IMG/VR virus record: IMGVR_UViG_3300028585_000019
Location: 1-64,000 of that record
Source: a virus
DNA length: 64,000 bases
Reading direction: 5' to 3' (one strand)
In this document: one piece after another, positions 50,763 to 59,328 of the stretch
How positions within the stretch are numbered: position 1 is the stretch's first letter
How the letters are laid out: every line of letters starts with the position of its first letter
Position numbers and translations under genes: made by a program
Notes under the pieces: generated by a model
Told to the model about the DNA's origin: nothing
Database searches by the model: none
The model's input: only the letters and a program-made list of their open reading frames with translations

Positions 50763-50786
50763 TTGAAAAGAATTTAGGAGAAGGAA

Positions 50787-53786
50787 GTGTCAGAAGATTT
50801 TCAAATCAAAGGTAACAAGGGTGGTGAGAAGAAGCAATACCAACCTGTAGAGTCTGCTGACAGTCTCCGCTCTATTGCTAAAGCTAAGATTCTTCTTGCT
50901 CTTGGTGAGGGTGAGTTTGAGGGGGTTCCTACAGCACGAGACATTTACTTAGACGATACTCCTCTTGCTGACTCTAACGGTAATCTAAACTTTCAGAATG
51001 TAAAGTGGGAATATCGCTCAGGCTCTCAAGATCAAGAATACATTAAAGGTATGCCTTCTGTAGAGAATGAGTTTGGTTTAAACTACAATCTTCAAGTAGG
51101 CACACCATACATTCGGGCAATCACCAATACATCTCTTTCTGCTGTACGTGTTCGTATGCGCTGGCCTGCTCTTCAACAGCAACAGTCTAATGGAGATTTG
51201 ACAGGAACTTCTGTAGAATACGCAATCGATATCTCTACAGATGGTGGCCCTTATGTAACACAACTACAAGAAAGTGTTGTAGGTAAGACAACCACACCTT
51301 ATGAGCGTAGTAGACGTATTGATCTTCCAACAGCAACCAGTGGTTGGCAAATACGTGTCCGCAGGCTTACACCAGACAGCACTACAGCAACACTTCAGAA
51401 CTCAATGTTCGTTAGCGGCATCACTGAGATTGTTGATGCTAAGCTTCGTTATCCAAACACAGCCTTGTTGTTTGTTGAATTCGATGCTGCAACATTCCAG
51501 AACATCCCTAAGATTAGTGTAAGAATCAAAGGCAGAAGTTGGCCTGTACCTAGTAACTATGATCCTGTCAATCGTATCTACTCTGGTGCATGGGATGGTA
51601 CATTTAAAAGTGCTTGGACAGACAACCCTGTGTGGATTGGTTATGGGATTATGATCCATGAGAGGTTTGGATTAGGTAAGCGCATCAAAGCAAACAATAT
51701 TGATAAGTGGGAGCTATACAGAATCTCCCAATACTGTGATGAACTTGTTAGTGACGGTAAAGGAGGACAAGAGCCTCGCTTCACTTGCAACGTATACATC
51801 CAATCAAGGCAACAAGCTTGGACAGTATTACGTGATATTGCAGCTATCTATCGTGGTATGACGTACTGGTCTAAGAGTATGATGACCTCTATTGCTGATA
51901 TGCCTCGGGACATTGACTACAACTTCTCACGCACTAACGTAATTGACGGTAAGTTTGTTTATGCTGGCAGTAGTGAACGTGACGTCTACAGTCGTGCTAT
52001 CATTGCTTATGACAATCCAGACAACCTCTACAATAGTGATACAACGGCTGTTTATGACCAAGCTTTGCAACGTAGATATGGTGACAACCTTCTAGAGATT
52101 ACGGCTATTGGCTGTACTAGTGAATCTGAAGCTCAGAGACGTGGCAAGTGGGCATTGTACACCAATAGTAAGAACCGGACAGTAAGCTTTCAGACTGGCT
52201 TGGAAGGTGATATTCCTCTGCCCGGACACATCATTGGTATTGCAGATCCTTTGCTTGCGGGTCGTCCTATCGGTGGTCGTATTCGTTCTGTTAACTCACG
52301 TTCTAGTGTTGTGCTAGACAGACCATCACAGGCTAAGATTGGTGATATTCTCATCCTTAACCTTCCAAGTGGTATTAGTCAGGGGAGAACAGTTAACTCC
52401 GTAGCTGAAGATGGTAGAGTATTGGGTGTAACAGTTCAATATTCAGAACTTCCAGAAGCAGAGGCTCAGTGGTCTATTGATGCCCAGGATTTAGCTGTAC
52501 AACAGTTTAGGGTAACTAAGGTAAGAAAAGAAGAGCCTCACATTGTTTCAATTGAAGCGGTCTTTCATGATCCTAATAAGTATGAGTTTGTTGATACTGG
52601 TGCAAGACGGGAAGACAGGCCAATTACAGTAATTCCTCCAAGCGTACAAGCCCCACCAACCAATGTCAAGATTACAAGCAATACGATGGTTGAACAAACC
52701 ATGGCTGTAACAACAATGACAATCAGTTGGGATGCTCCTGAAAACGCCGTTTACTATATTGTAGAATGGCGTAAGGATGACAAAGAGTGGATTAGGATGC
52801 CTCGCACTGGTGCAACTAGTGTTGATATTACAGGTGTTTATTCAGGACAGTATCTTGCACGAGTAAGAGCTTACAATGCTATTGACTCTCAATCTGTACC
52901 AGCTACCTCTGTTCTTACCAATGTTGTTGGGAAAGAGGGTGCTCCTCCTGCTGTTGTAAACCTTCGTACAAGTGCTCAAGTGTTTGGTATTAAGGTTGAT
53001 TGGAACTTCCCTGTTGGGGCTACAGATACCAACTATACAGAGATTCAATATAACACTAATCCTGTAGATGATGGAACAGAGCTTCTTCTGGGTACATTTG
53101 CTTATCCTCTGAACACCTACACTCAAGCAGGGCTGAGTGCTGGACAGACATTCCATTATAGAGCACGGCTTGTTGATAAGACGGGTAATATCGGCCCTTG
53201 GTCAAATTGGGTAAGTGGGAGTGCTTCTGCTCAAGCAACTGAGATTCTTGACTACCTTACTGGTCAAATTACTGAGACACAGCTTGGGTCAAACCTACTT
53301 GAGAAGATTGATTCTGGTGGTGGGGCAAGTATTGAGATTGAACAGCTCAAAGGTGAGCTTGAAGTAATGTACTCCATCAAGCTTGGTATTGACGTTAATG
53401 GTAGGTACTACGGCGCGGGCATGGGGATCGGGATCGAGAACACCCCAGAGGGTATGCAATCTCAAGTGTTGTTTGTTGCTGATAGGTTTGCAATCTTGAA
53501 TCAGATTGATGGACAAGTCACAAGCCCGTTTATTGTCCAAGGTGGTAGTGTCTACATGAACTCCGCGATCATCCAAAATGCCAGCATAGACTTTTTGAAG
53601 ATTAGCGACAGCGTACAGTCTAATAATTATGTTGCAGGGCAGACGGGCTGGAAGCTATACAAAAGCGGGTTATTTGAGATTAATGGATCACTCGCGGGTC
53701 AAGGTCAAATGAAGATTGATAATCAATCTGTACGAGTATTTGATTCTAATGGAACTTTAAGGGTTCGTATGGGCATTTGGACTTAA
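50787..53786 (+). CDS. central tail fibre / tip attachment protein (lambda gpJ-like)
   Basis: EGE..G, KLRYPNTA, WDGTFK.AWTDNP, EPRFTCN, FN3 region, AD.FA, SNNY..G..GW. Confidence 0.95.
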   Translation: MSEDFQIKGNKGGEKKQYQPVESADSLRSIAKAKILLALGEGEFEGVPTARDIYLDDTPLADSNGNLNFQNVKWEYRSGSQDQEYIKGMPSVENEFGLNYNLQVGTPYIRAITNTSLSAVRVRMRWPALQQQQSNGDLTGTSVEYAIDISTDGGPYVTQLQESVVGKTTTPYERSRRIDLPTATSGWQIRVRRLTPDSTTATLQNSMFVSGITEIVDAKLRYPNTALLFVEFDAATFQNIPKISVRIKGRSWPVPSNYDPVNRIYSGAWDGTFKSAWTDNPVWIGYGIMIHERFGLGKRIKANNIDKWELYRISQYCDELVSDGKGGQEPRFTCNVYIQSRQQAWTVLRDIAAIYRGMTYWSKSMMTSIADMPRDIDYNFSRTNVIDGKFVYAGSSERDVYSRAIIAYDNPDNLYNSDTTAVYDQALQRRYGDNLLEITAIGCTSESEAQRRGKWALYTNSKNRTVSFQTGLEGDIPLPGHIIGIADPLLAGRPIGGRIRSVNSRSSVVLDRPSQAKIGDILILNLPSGISQGRTVNSVAEDGRVLGVTVQYSELPEAEAQWSIDAQDLAVQQFRVTKVRKEEPHIVSIEAVFHDPNKYEFVDTGARREDRPITVIPPSVQAPPTNVKITSNTMVEQTMAVTTMTISWDAPENAVYYIVEWRKDDKEWIRMPRTGATSVDITGVYSGQYLARVRAYNAIDSQSVPATSVLTNVVGKEGAPPAVVNLRTSAQVFGIKVDWNFPVGATDTNYTEIQYNTNPVDDGTELLLGTFAYPLNTYTQAGLSAGQTFHYRARLVDKTGNIGPWSNWVSGSASAQATEILDYLTGQITETQLGSNLLEKIDSGGGASIEIEQLKGELEVMYSIKLGIDVNGRYYGAGMGIGIENTPEGMQSQVLFVADRFAILNQIDGQVTSPFIVQGGSVYMNSAIIQNASIDFLKISDSVQSNNYVAGQTGWKLYKSGLFEINGSLAGQGQMKIDNQSVRVFDSNGTLRVRMGIWT

Positions 53787-53831
53787 AGCAAATAAAGACA
53801 AGGAAGTCTTTGATTTAAAGGAGAGTTTGGC

Positions 53832-54536
53832 ATGCCGGCTGGTTTACAAGTTTTCAACAATTTTGATACTGTACAAGTAGATTCAAACTGGAGAAATTAT
53901 AGTCTGGTATCTTCGCAGACAATTATTTCCAGCAATAACGCATGGGGGGAGGTAAACTACGCAGGGGCTATATATACTACATCTAATGCGAGTGACCTCA
54001 TATTTGTCTACTGTCCTTCAAGCTTCTTCCCAATATGCATTGTTCAACAAAACGGACAAAGATCATATAGGGTGGGTACAGGCGCCACTGCGGGAGTTGC
54101 TGTTACTTTTTATATTTTTCGGGAACAAGTTCCTGTAGATTCTAAATATGGACTTCAAGTTTTTAATGAAAATGGCGTATTGACTTTTGATTCATTAAGC
54201 AAGATGAATAGAATTGTTGGAGCCATACCAATTTCAGTCTCCTCTCAACCTAGTTTCTATAATTACGGAGGTGGTGGAAAATATGCAGTAATGGTTCCAA
54301 GCTTTACTGGGCAACTTATTCAACAAGATACTGGAGCTGGCCAGGGAGGCTTAGCATTTAGGATGCTTTCAACAAACTCCCCAAGAATATTGAGTCAGGG
54401 CGCCGGGATTTCTTATGAAGGTCTGGGGATATCTTCTTTAAAACAGATCCCTATACAAAATCCCAGCCCTGGGGTTATAATTAACAATTATAATGGAGCA
54501 CCCTACATAGTAACAGATGTGAGAGGTTATGATTGA
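53832..54536 (+). CDS. tail tip accessory protein
   Basis: MPAGLQVFN; YGLQVFNENG.LTFDS; follows gpJ. Confidence 0.65.
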   Translation: MPAGLQVFNNFDTVQVDSNWRNYSLVSSQTIISSNNAWGEVNYAGAIYTTSNASDLIFVYCPSSFFPICIVQQNGQRSYRVGTGATAGVAVTFYIFREQVPVDSKYGLQVFNENGVLTFDSLSKMNRIVGAIPISVSSQPSFYNYGGGGKYAVMVPSFTGQLIQQDTGAGQGGLAFRMLSTNSPRILSQGAGISYEGLGISSLKQIPIQNPSPGVIINNYNGAPYIVTDVRGYD

Positions 54537-54832
54537 TGCAAGGCCTAGAAATTTACAACGCAGACGGGACTTTACAATTTACAACCTCTAGTAGATTAAC
54601 AAGATTTCTAGACAGCTTCAATATAGGCACTGGGGCTGGGAGTAGGGTTGTTCTTGGACTAAACACAGGCACACCTATTGCATTTGCCTCCCCAAATATT
54701 AATAACAACACTAGCTTTTGGGGCGTACCTGTCCCAACTTTCAGTTTTAATGAATCAACTCAAACAGTTTCGTGGGGCTCTATTAGTAACCCGCAAGTAT
54801 CAGGTTACTCTGTTATTATTGCGGTCTATTAA
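54533..54832 (+). CDS. tail tip accessory protein
   Basis: GLEIYNADG.L.F...R. Confidence 0.65.
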   Translation: MMQGLEIYNADGTLQFTTSSRLTRFLDSFNIGTGAGSRVVLGLNTGTPIAFASPNINNNTSFWGVPVPTFSFNESTQTVSWGSISNPQVSGYSVIIAVY

Positions 54833-55198
54833 ATGAAAAGATTCCCGTTCACATTGCAAGTAGAACTACAACCAGATAGAAAATACTGGAAGCTTTTATC
54901 AGAGTTCACATACCTTGATCCTGATTTTGGTGACATCACAGTGGACAGAGACTTTATCTCTGATTTTGCATCTGTACCAAGGCTTCCTCTTCTATTCACT
55001 ATTCTTGGTCAATATGGACACTCTGCTGCAATTATCCACGACTGGCTTTACTCTACTCAAACATTAAATAGGAAAGATTCAGATAGAGTATTTCTTAATG
55101 CTCTAAGATCTTCTGGTATTGCTAGATGGAGAGCTTGGCTTCTATATGGCGGCGTAAGGCTCTTTGGTAATAGTAGGTGGAAAGCTCACGGTAATTAA
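54833..55198 (+). CDS. DUF1353 family protein
   Basis: F.SDFASVPR, AA..HDWLY, R...D..F, VRLFG. Confidence 0.8.
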   Translation: MKRFPFTLQVELQPDRKYWKLLSEFTYLDPDFGDITVDRDFISDFASVPRLPLLFTILGQYGHSAAIIHDWLYSTQTLNRKDSDRVFLNALRSSGIARWRAWLLYGGVRLFGNSRWKAHGN

Positions 55199-55216
55199 TT
55201 TTATAGGAAATAAACT

Positions 55217-55867
55217 ATGAAAACAATGACAATTGAAGACTTATCTAAGCTTGCAGGAGTATCTGAGGATATTGCAGCAGTTTGGGTGAGTGCTTTGAAT
55301 AACACAATGGATCGCTTTGGTATCTCAACCCCACTTCGCAGAGCACATTTCATTGCTCAGATTGGACATGAATCGGCAGGCTTCACAGCCCTCAAGGAAA
55401 ACCTCAACTACAGCGTAGAGGGACTTCTTAAAACTTTCGGTCGTCATCGTATCTCTGAGGGTGCTGCTCTTGAGTATGGACGCTCTCAAGGTAAAGCTGC
55501 TAATCAAGAAGCAATCGCTAATGAGATTTATGGTGGTGATTGGGGGCGTAAGAACCTTGGTAACACGCAGAAGGGAGACGGTTTCCGATATATTGGGCGT
55601 GGCTTGATCCAACTTACAGGCAAGGCCAACTACCAAGCTGCTGAGAATAGCCTTAAGCTTGATCTTGTTAATCGTCCTGAGCGTGTTAGTGAAGACAATC
55701 TAATTGCGACATTGGTTGCATGCTGGTTTTGGCAGACTAAAGGCTTGAATGAGCTTGCTGATGCAGATGATCTAGAAGCTGTTACACGTAGGGTTAACGG
55801 GGCTTTAAATGGTATTGAAGATCGTCGTAAGCGTTTAGCAAGGGCAAAGGCTTTCTATGGAATCTGA
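55217..55867 (+). CDS. endolysin, glycoside hydrolase family 19
   Basis: AHFIAQ.GHES, ENLNYS, GDG.RY.GRG.IQLTG..NY, RRVNG..NG..DR. Confidence 0.95.
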   Translation: MKTMTIEDLSKLAGVSEDIAAVWVSALNNTMDRFGISTPLRRAHFIAQIGHESAGFTALKENLNYSVEGLLKTFGRHRISEGAALEYGRSQGKAANQEAIANEIYGGDWGRKNLGNTQKGDGFRYIGRGLIQLTGKANYQAAENSLKLDLVNRPERVSEDNLIATLVACWFWQTKGLNELADADDLEAVTRRVNGALNGIEDRRKRLARAKAFYGI

Positions 55868-56189
55868 AGAAAAGAAAGAAGTTCCTCTGACTAAAGATAC
55901 AGCAACAGAGATTACTATCCCATCAACCAAGTTAACAGTAGTTCCTAATTGGCGGCGTGTTTTAAGAACATATTCTTTTTGGGCCATGATTGCTTCTGCT
56001 TGCTTAGTGTTTGTAGAAAGTATCCTTCCATTTTTTGGTGTATTACAACCGTTGTTGTCAGAGGGTGTATATGCGGGGACTATCTTCTTCTTTAACCTAT
56101 TAGCCGTAATTGCCCGCATGATCAAGCAGAAATCTCTGTGGGAATACCACCCTGAACAGGAGAAGCAAGATGACAATAAACTGGATTAA
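55857..56189 (+). CDS. putative holin
   Basis: V.NWR......S.W, two TM segments, AR.IKQ. Confidence 0.65.
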   Translation: MESEEKKEVPLTKDTATEITIPSTKLTVVPNWRRVLRTYSFWAMIASACLVFVESILPFFGVLQPLLSEGVYAGTIFFFNLLAVIARMIKQKSLWEYHPEQEKQDDNKLD

Positions 56190-56595
56190 GCTTATTCCTT
56201 ACATTGTTATCAGTATCTTGCTTGGGGCATTCTTCTTTACGTGGAATGCCTACTCATCGTCTCAGGAAGAGGTTGGTGGTCTTAAGAGTGAAGTGAATGT
56301 TCTCCAAGCTTCTCTTGAACGTCAAGTCAAAGAAGCTGAGTTGTTAAGACAATCTGCTAAAGCAACAGAAGAAATTCTGGTTAAAGAGCAAGATAAAAGA
56401 CTTGAAGTAGAACAACAACTCTCCTCTTCTAAAGCATCTATTGCTCAACTGAAGAAAGAGAATAACCTTCTTAAGCGGAGAGGAGATAATGAAAACTCAG
56501 ATACTGGTGGTATTGAGCTTAGTGATGATGCTACAAGGCTGCTCTTCGAGTCCTTCTGCAGAGTCAACAAGAAACATCCTGATTGCGCCTCCTGA
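56170..56595 (+). CDS. i-spanin (Rz-like) 1
   Basis: N-terminal TM, long coiled coil, overlapped by a lipoprotein gene. Confidence 0.7.
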   Translation: MTINWIKLIPYIVISILLGAFFFTWNAYSSSQEEVGGLKSEVNVLQASLERQVKEAELLRQSAKATEEILVKEQDKRLEVEQQLSSSKASIAQLKKENNLLKRRGDNENSDTGGIELSDDATRLLFESFCRVNKKHPDCAS

Positions 56596-56791
56596 TACTA
56601 TGTTAACGTACCCCTGCGTAGCTACTAGTGCTGGTACGGGTGTTGATACGTTGATGGATGGTTATATTGCTAACAACTCCTGTCTTGAGCAATGGCAGAA
56701 TAGGATGGATTCTTTAGTTGAATGGAAGAAAAAGAATATATTACTTTATGAGGGAGGGCGTTTAGATGGGAAAGATTCACGAAGCAATTAA
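56489..56791 (+). CDS. o-spanin (Rz1-like) lipoprotein 1
   Basis: lipobox LQGC, PP...L..PC, overlaps the i-spanin 3' end in another frame. Confidence 0.75.
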   Translation: MKTQILVVLSLVMMLQGCSSSPSAESTRNILIAPPDTMLTYPCVATSAGTGVDTLMDGYIANNSCLEQWQNRMDSLVEWKKKNILLYEGGRLDGKDSRSN

Positions 56792-57257
56792 GCGTCTTAA
56801 TGATGTGTGGCTTGATTTAAGTGAGGATCATTATTTGCATGTGTGGGCTGGTATTATCACCTTGTGTGTGGGTGGAATCTTGGTCTTTATGCTCTTTTCT
56901 CAGACTGATAGAATTGACCTCCTTAAAAAAGAGAATGTGGATTTGATGCAACAGCTGAGCACAGTGAATTCAGACCTAGCCTCACTGAAGGCACAACTGG
57001 AATCAAACTCCTCTCCTGTAATCCTCCCTCAACGACAGATCGACTCTGTGATTGAGAGTGGTACACAAGAAATCAAGGGAAAGGTAAAAGAGATTCAGGA
57101 AGAGCTTGTTAATAACCCAAACCCTGCAACACCAAAAGTATCTATCTCTCAACCCAAACAAAGTAATTCTTCAAACACACAACTGATGAATAAAAGTTTA
57201 TTAGAAGGGTTTTGTAAGGATAACGCCGCACATCAGAATTGCAGGGGAGATAATTGA
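56766..57257 (+). CDS. second i-spanin-like protein
   Basis: TM + coiled coil; C-terminal LLEGFCKDNAAHQNC resembles LLFESFCRVNKKHPDC of the first. Confidence 0.55.
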   Translation: MGKIHEAIKRLNDVWLDLSEDHYLHVWAGIITLCVGGILVFMLFSQTDRIDLLKKENVDLMQQLSTVNSDLASLKAQLESNSSPVILPQRQIDSVIESGTQEIKGKVKEIQEELVNNPNPATPKVSISQPKQSNSSNTQLMNKSLLEGFCKDNAAHQNCRGDN

Positions 57258-57484
57258 TGAGGTTAATCATTGTCTCTTGTATGATGTTAATAGCAGGGTG
57301 CAGTAATAATAAGCAAAATCTAGACATTTCTCCTTGTTATGTCAGCCCACCACCAACACTCTCCGGCAACTCCAATACTGATTTAGTCTCTCTATCCACT
57401 GCGTGGCTTGAACAAACATCAAATCTTGGACGCTGTAATGATAAACTCACAAAAATAAGAAGCACGCTTGAAGGGGAGAAGTAG
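57254..57484 (+). CDS. second o-spanin-like lipoprotein
   Basis: lipobox IAGC, PC..PPP, LG.CN.KL..I. Confidence 0.65.
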   Translation: MMRLIIVSCMMLIAGCSNNKQNLDISPCYVSPPPTLSGNSNTDLVSLSTAWLEQTSNLGRCNDKLTKIRSTLEGEK

Positions 57485-57485
57485 T

Positions 57486-57749
57486 ATGTCGGAACAGAAG
57501 GATAAAACAATTGTAACACTACAGAATGCCTTGATATCTCTACTCTTTCTGTTAACTGGGTGGCTCTACAATGCTAATCAGAAGACAGAAGAACGTTTGT
57601 ATCAGATGCAGTCTGTTGCAATGACAACAGTAGCTGCACAACAACTTGAAGATCGCCTTAGTCGTAATTTTGAATTGCGCTTGAACGACATCAGTAACCG
57701 CCTAGACTTGATTCTTAAGCTTGTGCAACAAGGGGGGAACTCCAAGTGA
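57486..57749 (+). CDS. single-TM coiled-coil protein
   Basis: GGAG RBS; N-terminal TM. Confidence 0.65.
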   Translation: MSEQKDKTIVTLQNALISLLFLLTGWLYNANQKTEERLYQMQSVAMTTVAAQQLEDRLSRNFELRLNDISNRLDLILKLVQQGGNSK

Positions 57750-58165
57750 ACCTGATCGAGAAGCTCTCTGAAGAGAAGTACAGTGTATGGATCAGGTGGC
57801 TGTCTCTGATTTCACAAGTTGTGATTTTGATTCTTGCGCTTACGCTCCTGACTAATATTGCTACACGTCAGTATAATTATGCTCAGATGGAAACGGTGCG
57901 CGTAGAGATATTTGATCAGATGTACAAAGACAGTAAAGAGTTTGATGAAAAACTAAAGCTTCTGAAAGAAGAGTTGACTGCCTATCAGAATACCCGAGAA
58001 GGAAGAGCTAAATTCTTTGGTGAGAAAGTGGTGGAACTTGAACATAAAATTGATCAGAACCACGAAAGGATCAATCGAAGAGTAGACAATCTAAATACCA
58101 AGCAGAATTACTGGACTGGTAAAGTTAAGAAAGCGGAGATTGAAGCTAAACTTAAAAAGCAATAG
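57746..58165 (+). CDS. single-TM coiled-coil protein
   Basis: GTGA coupling; TM then coiled coil. Confidence 0.65.
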   Translation: MNLIEKLSEEKYSVWIRWLSLISQVVILILALTLLTNIATRQYNYAQMETVRVEIFDQMYKDSKEFDEKLKLLKEELTAYQNTREGRAKFFGEKVVELEHKIDQNHERINRRVDNLNTKQNYWTGKVKKAEIEAKLKKQ

Positions 58166-58174
58166 TCATAAATA

Positions 58175-58205
58175 AGGGCTCCTAAATAGGAGCCCTTTTC
58201 TTTTA
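58175..58205. terminator. bidirectional terminator between convergent units
   Basis: AAGGGCTCCTA-AA-TAGGAGCCCTT with flanking A and T tracts. Confidence 0.8.
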
Positions 58206-58207
58206 CT

Positions 58208-58933
58208 TTAAATAAAGTCTTCTGGAAATTGCTGATGATTTGTATAAGCATATTCACCCCGAAGTTCAACACACTTTACATCATAAGCTCTTGCTGCGTC
58301 AACCTCAACAACAAAACACCCTAAACGATACTTGATATCATTATGTTTAATCTCAGCACACCATTTATTATTTTTCTTATCGTACCACACACCTTTATAC
58401 TTAGATCTAGAGCCTTTTCTTGCTCTGGTGTTCCAAGTATTTATTTTATGGCTTGTCCACCGACAGTTCTCTTTAGAATAACCTTTGTTATTATCAATAC
58501 GGTCTAATTCAAGACCCTCTTCATATCCTTCAGCCATATCCTCATAAAAGCCTAAAAATTTAATCCAGCGCACCGGAAAATCAATACCTCTTGCACCATA
58601 GTCTTTATAGCTTGGATGGCTTTTTCGGTTGCACCTTGCCTTCATGTTCTGCCAAACAGTATAGATAGGTCTAGAAGTGAACATTTCTTCACCCTCATCA
58701 TACTTCTTAAGGCATCGAGATATTTTACTAACTTCTTGAAAATAACAACCGCAGCTTGTTGCATTTCCAGACAGTACAGAGAAGCACAAAGGACTGCACG
58801 TGTTCCCGCACTCACATAAACAGTCAAAGTGCTTTCTTTTTCTACCACCCTTATGCTCTAAATTACTAATAGAAAGAATAGTAAGTCTTCCAAACTTCTT
58901 CCCAATATGCTCTTCTGGTTTAACTTTAACCAT
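58208..58933 (-). CDS. HNH homing endonuclease with AP2 domain
   Basis: G.KFGRLT, CLCECG, W.NMK.RC, YG.RGI, LDRIDNNKGYS.ENCRW, KYKGV, AA.AYD. Confidence 0.9.
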   Translation of the reverse strand: MVKVKPEEHIGKKFGRLTILSISNLEHKGGRKRKHFDCLCECGNTCSPLCFSVLSGNATSCGCYFQEVSKISRCLKKYDEGEEMFTSRPIYTVWQNMKARCNRKSHPSYKDYGARGIDFPVRWIKFLGFYEDMAEGYEEGLELDRIDNNKGYSKENCRWTSHKINTWNTRARKGSRSKYKGVWYDKKNNKWCAEIKHNDIKYRLGCFVVEVDAARAYDVKCVELRGEYAYTNHQQFPEDFI

Positions 58934-59150
58934 CTTTATTTCCTCGTCTCTCCTCATAAAAAGTATTTTTGTGTAACGATTCAAATGTATCTTTTACAGC
59001 AGCCCTATTATCTAAAACCTCATCCTTCTTGTCAAGCTCTAATTTCTTCTGCCTATCCTTTTCTTTCATTACATCTATGAAAGCATAAATAATGACAGCG
59101 TAGATTATAATAGCTAAGACAAGATCACGCAATAATCTTTTCACAGACAA
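58926..59150 (-). CDS. small membrane protein
   Basis: TM segment; upstream promoter TTGACA-N17-TAAAAT near 59240-59266; start uncertain. Confidence 0.5.
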   Translation of the reverse strand: MSVKRLLRDLVLAIIIYAVIIYAFIDVMKEKDRQKKLELDKKDEVLDNRAAVKDTFESLHKNTFYEERRGNKDG

Positions 59151-59328
59151 GCGCTACCGGTTTGTACAAGATCAATGCCCATAAAGCTAAAATCATATTC
59201 CATTTTGTATCCTCCATTTCGTTTAATGTTGGTGTGAATTTTAGACCCGCCGGTGTGGCTTGTCAACAACTATTTTCACTTTATTTTAAGCAAAGAAAAG
59301 CCCTTCGGTTAGGAAGGGCTTTATGACG

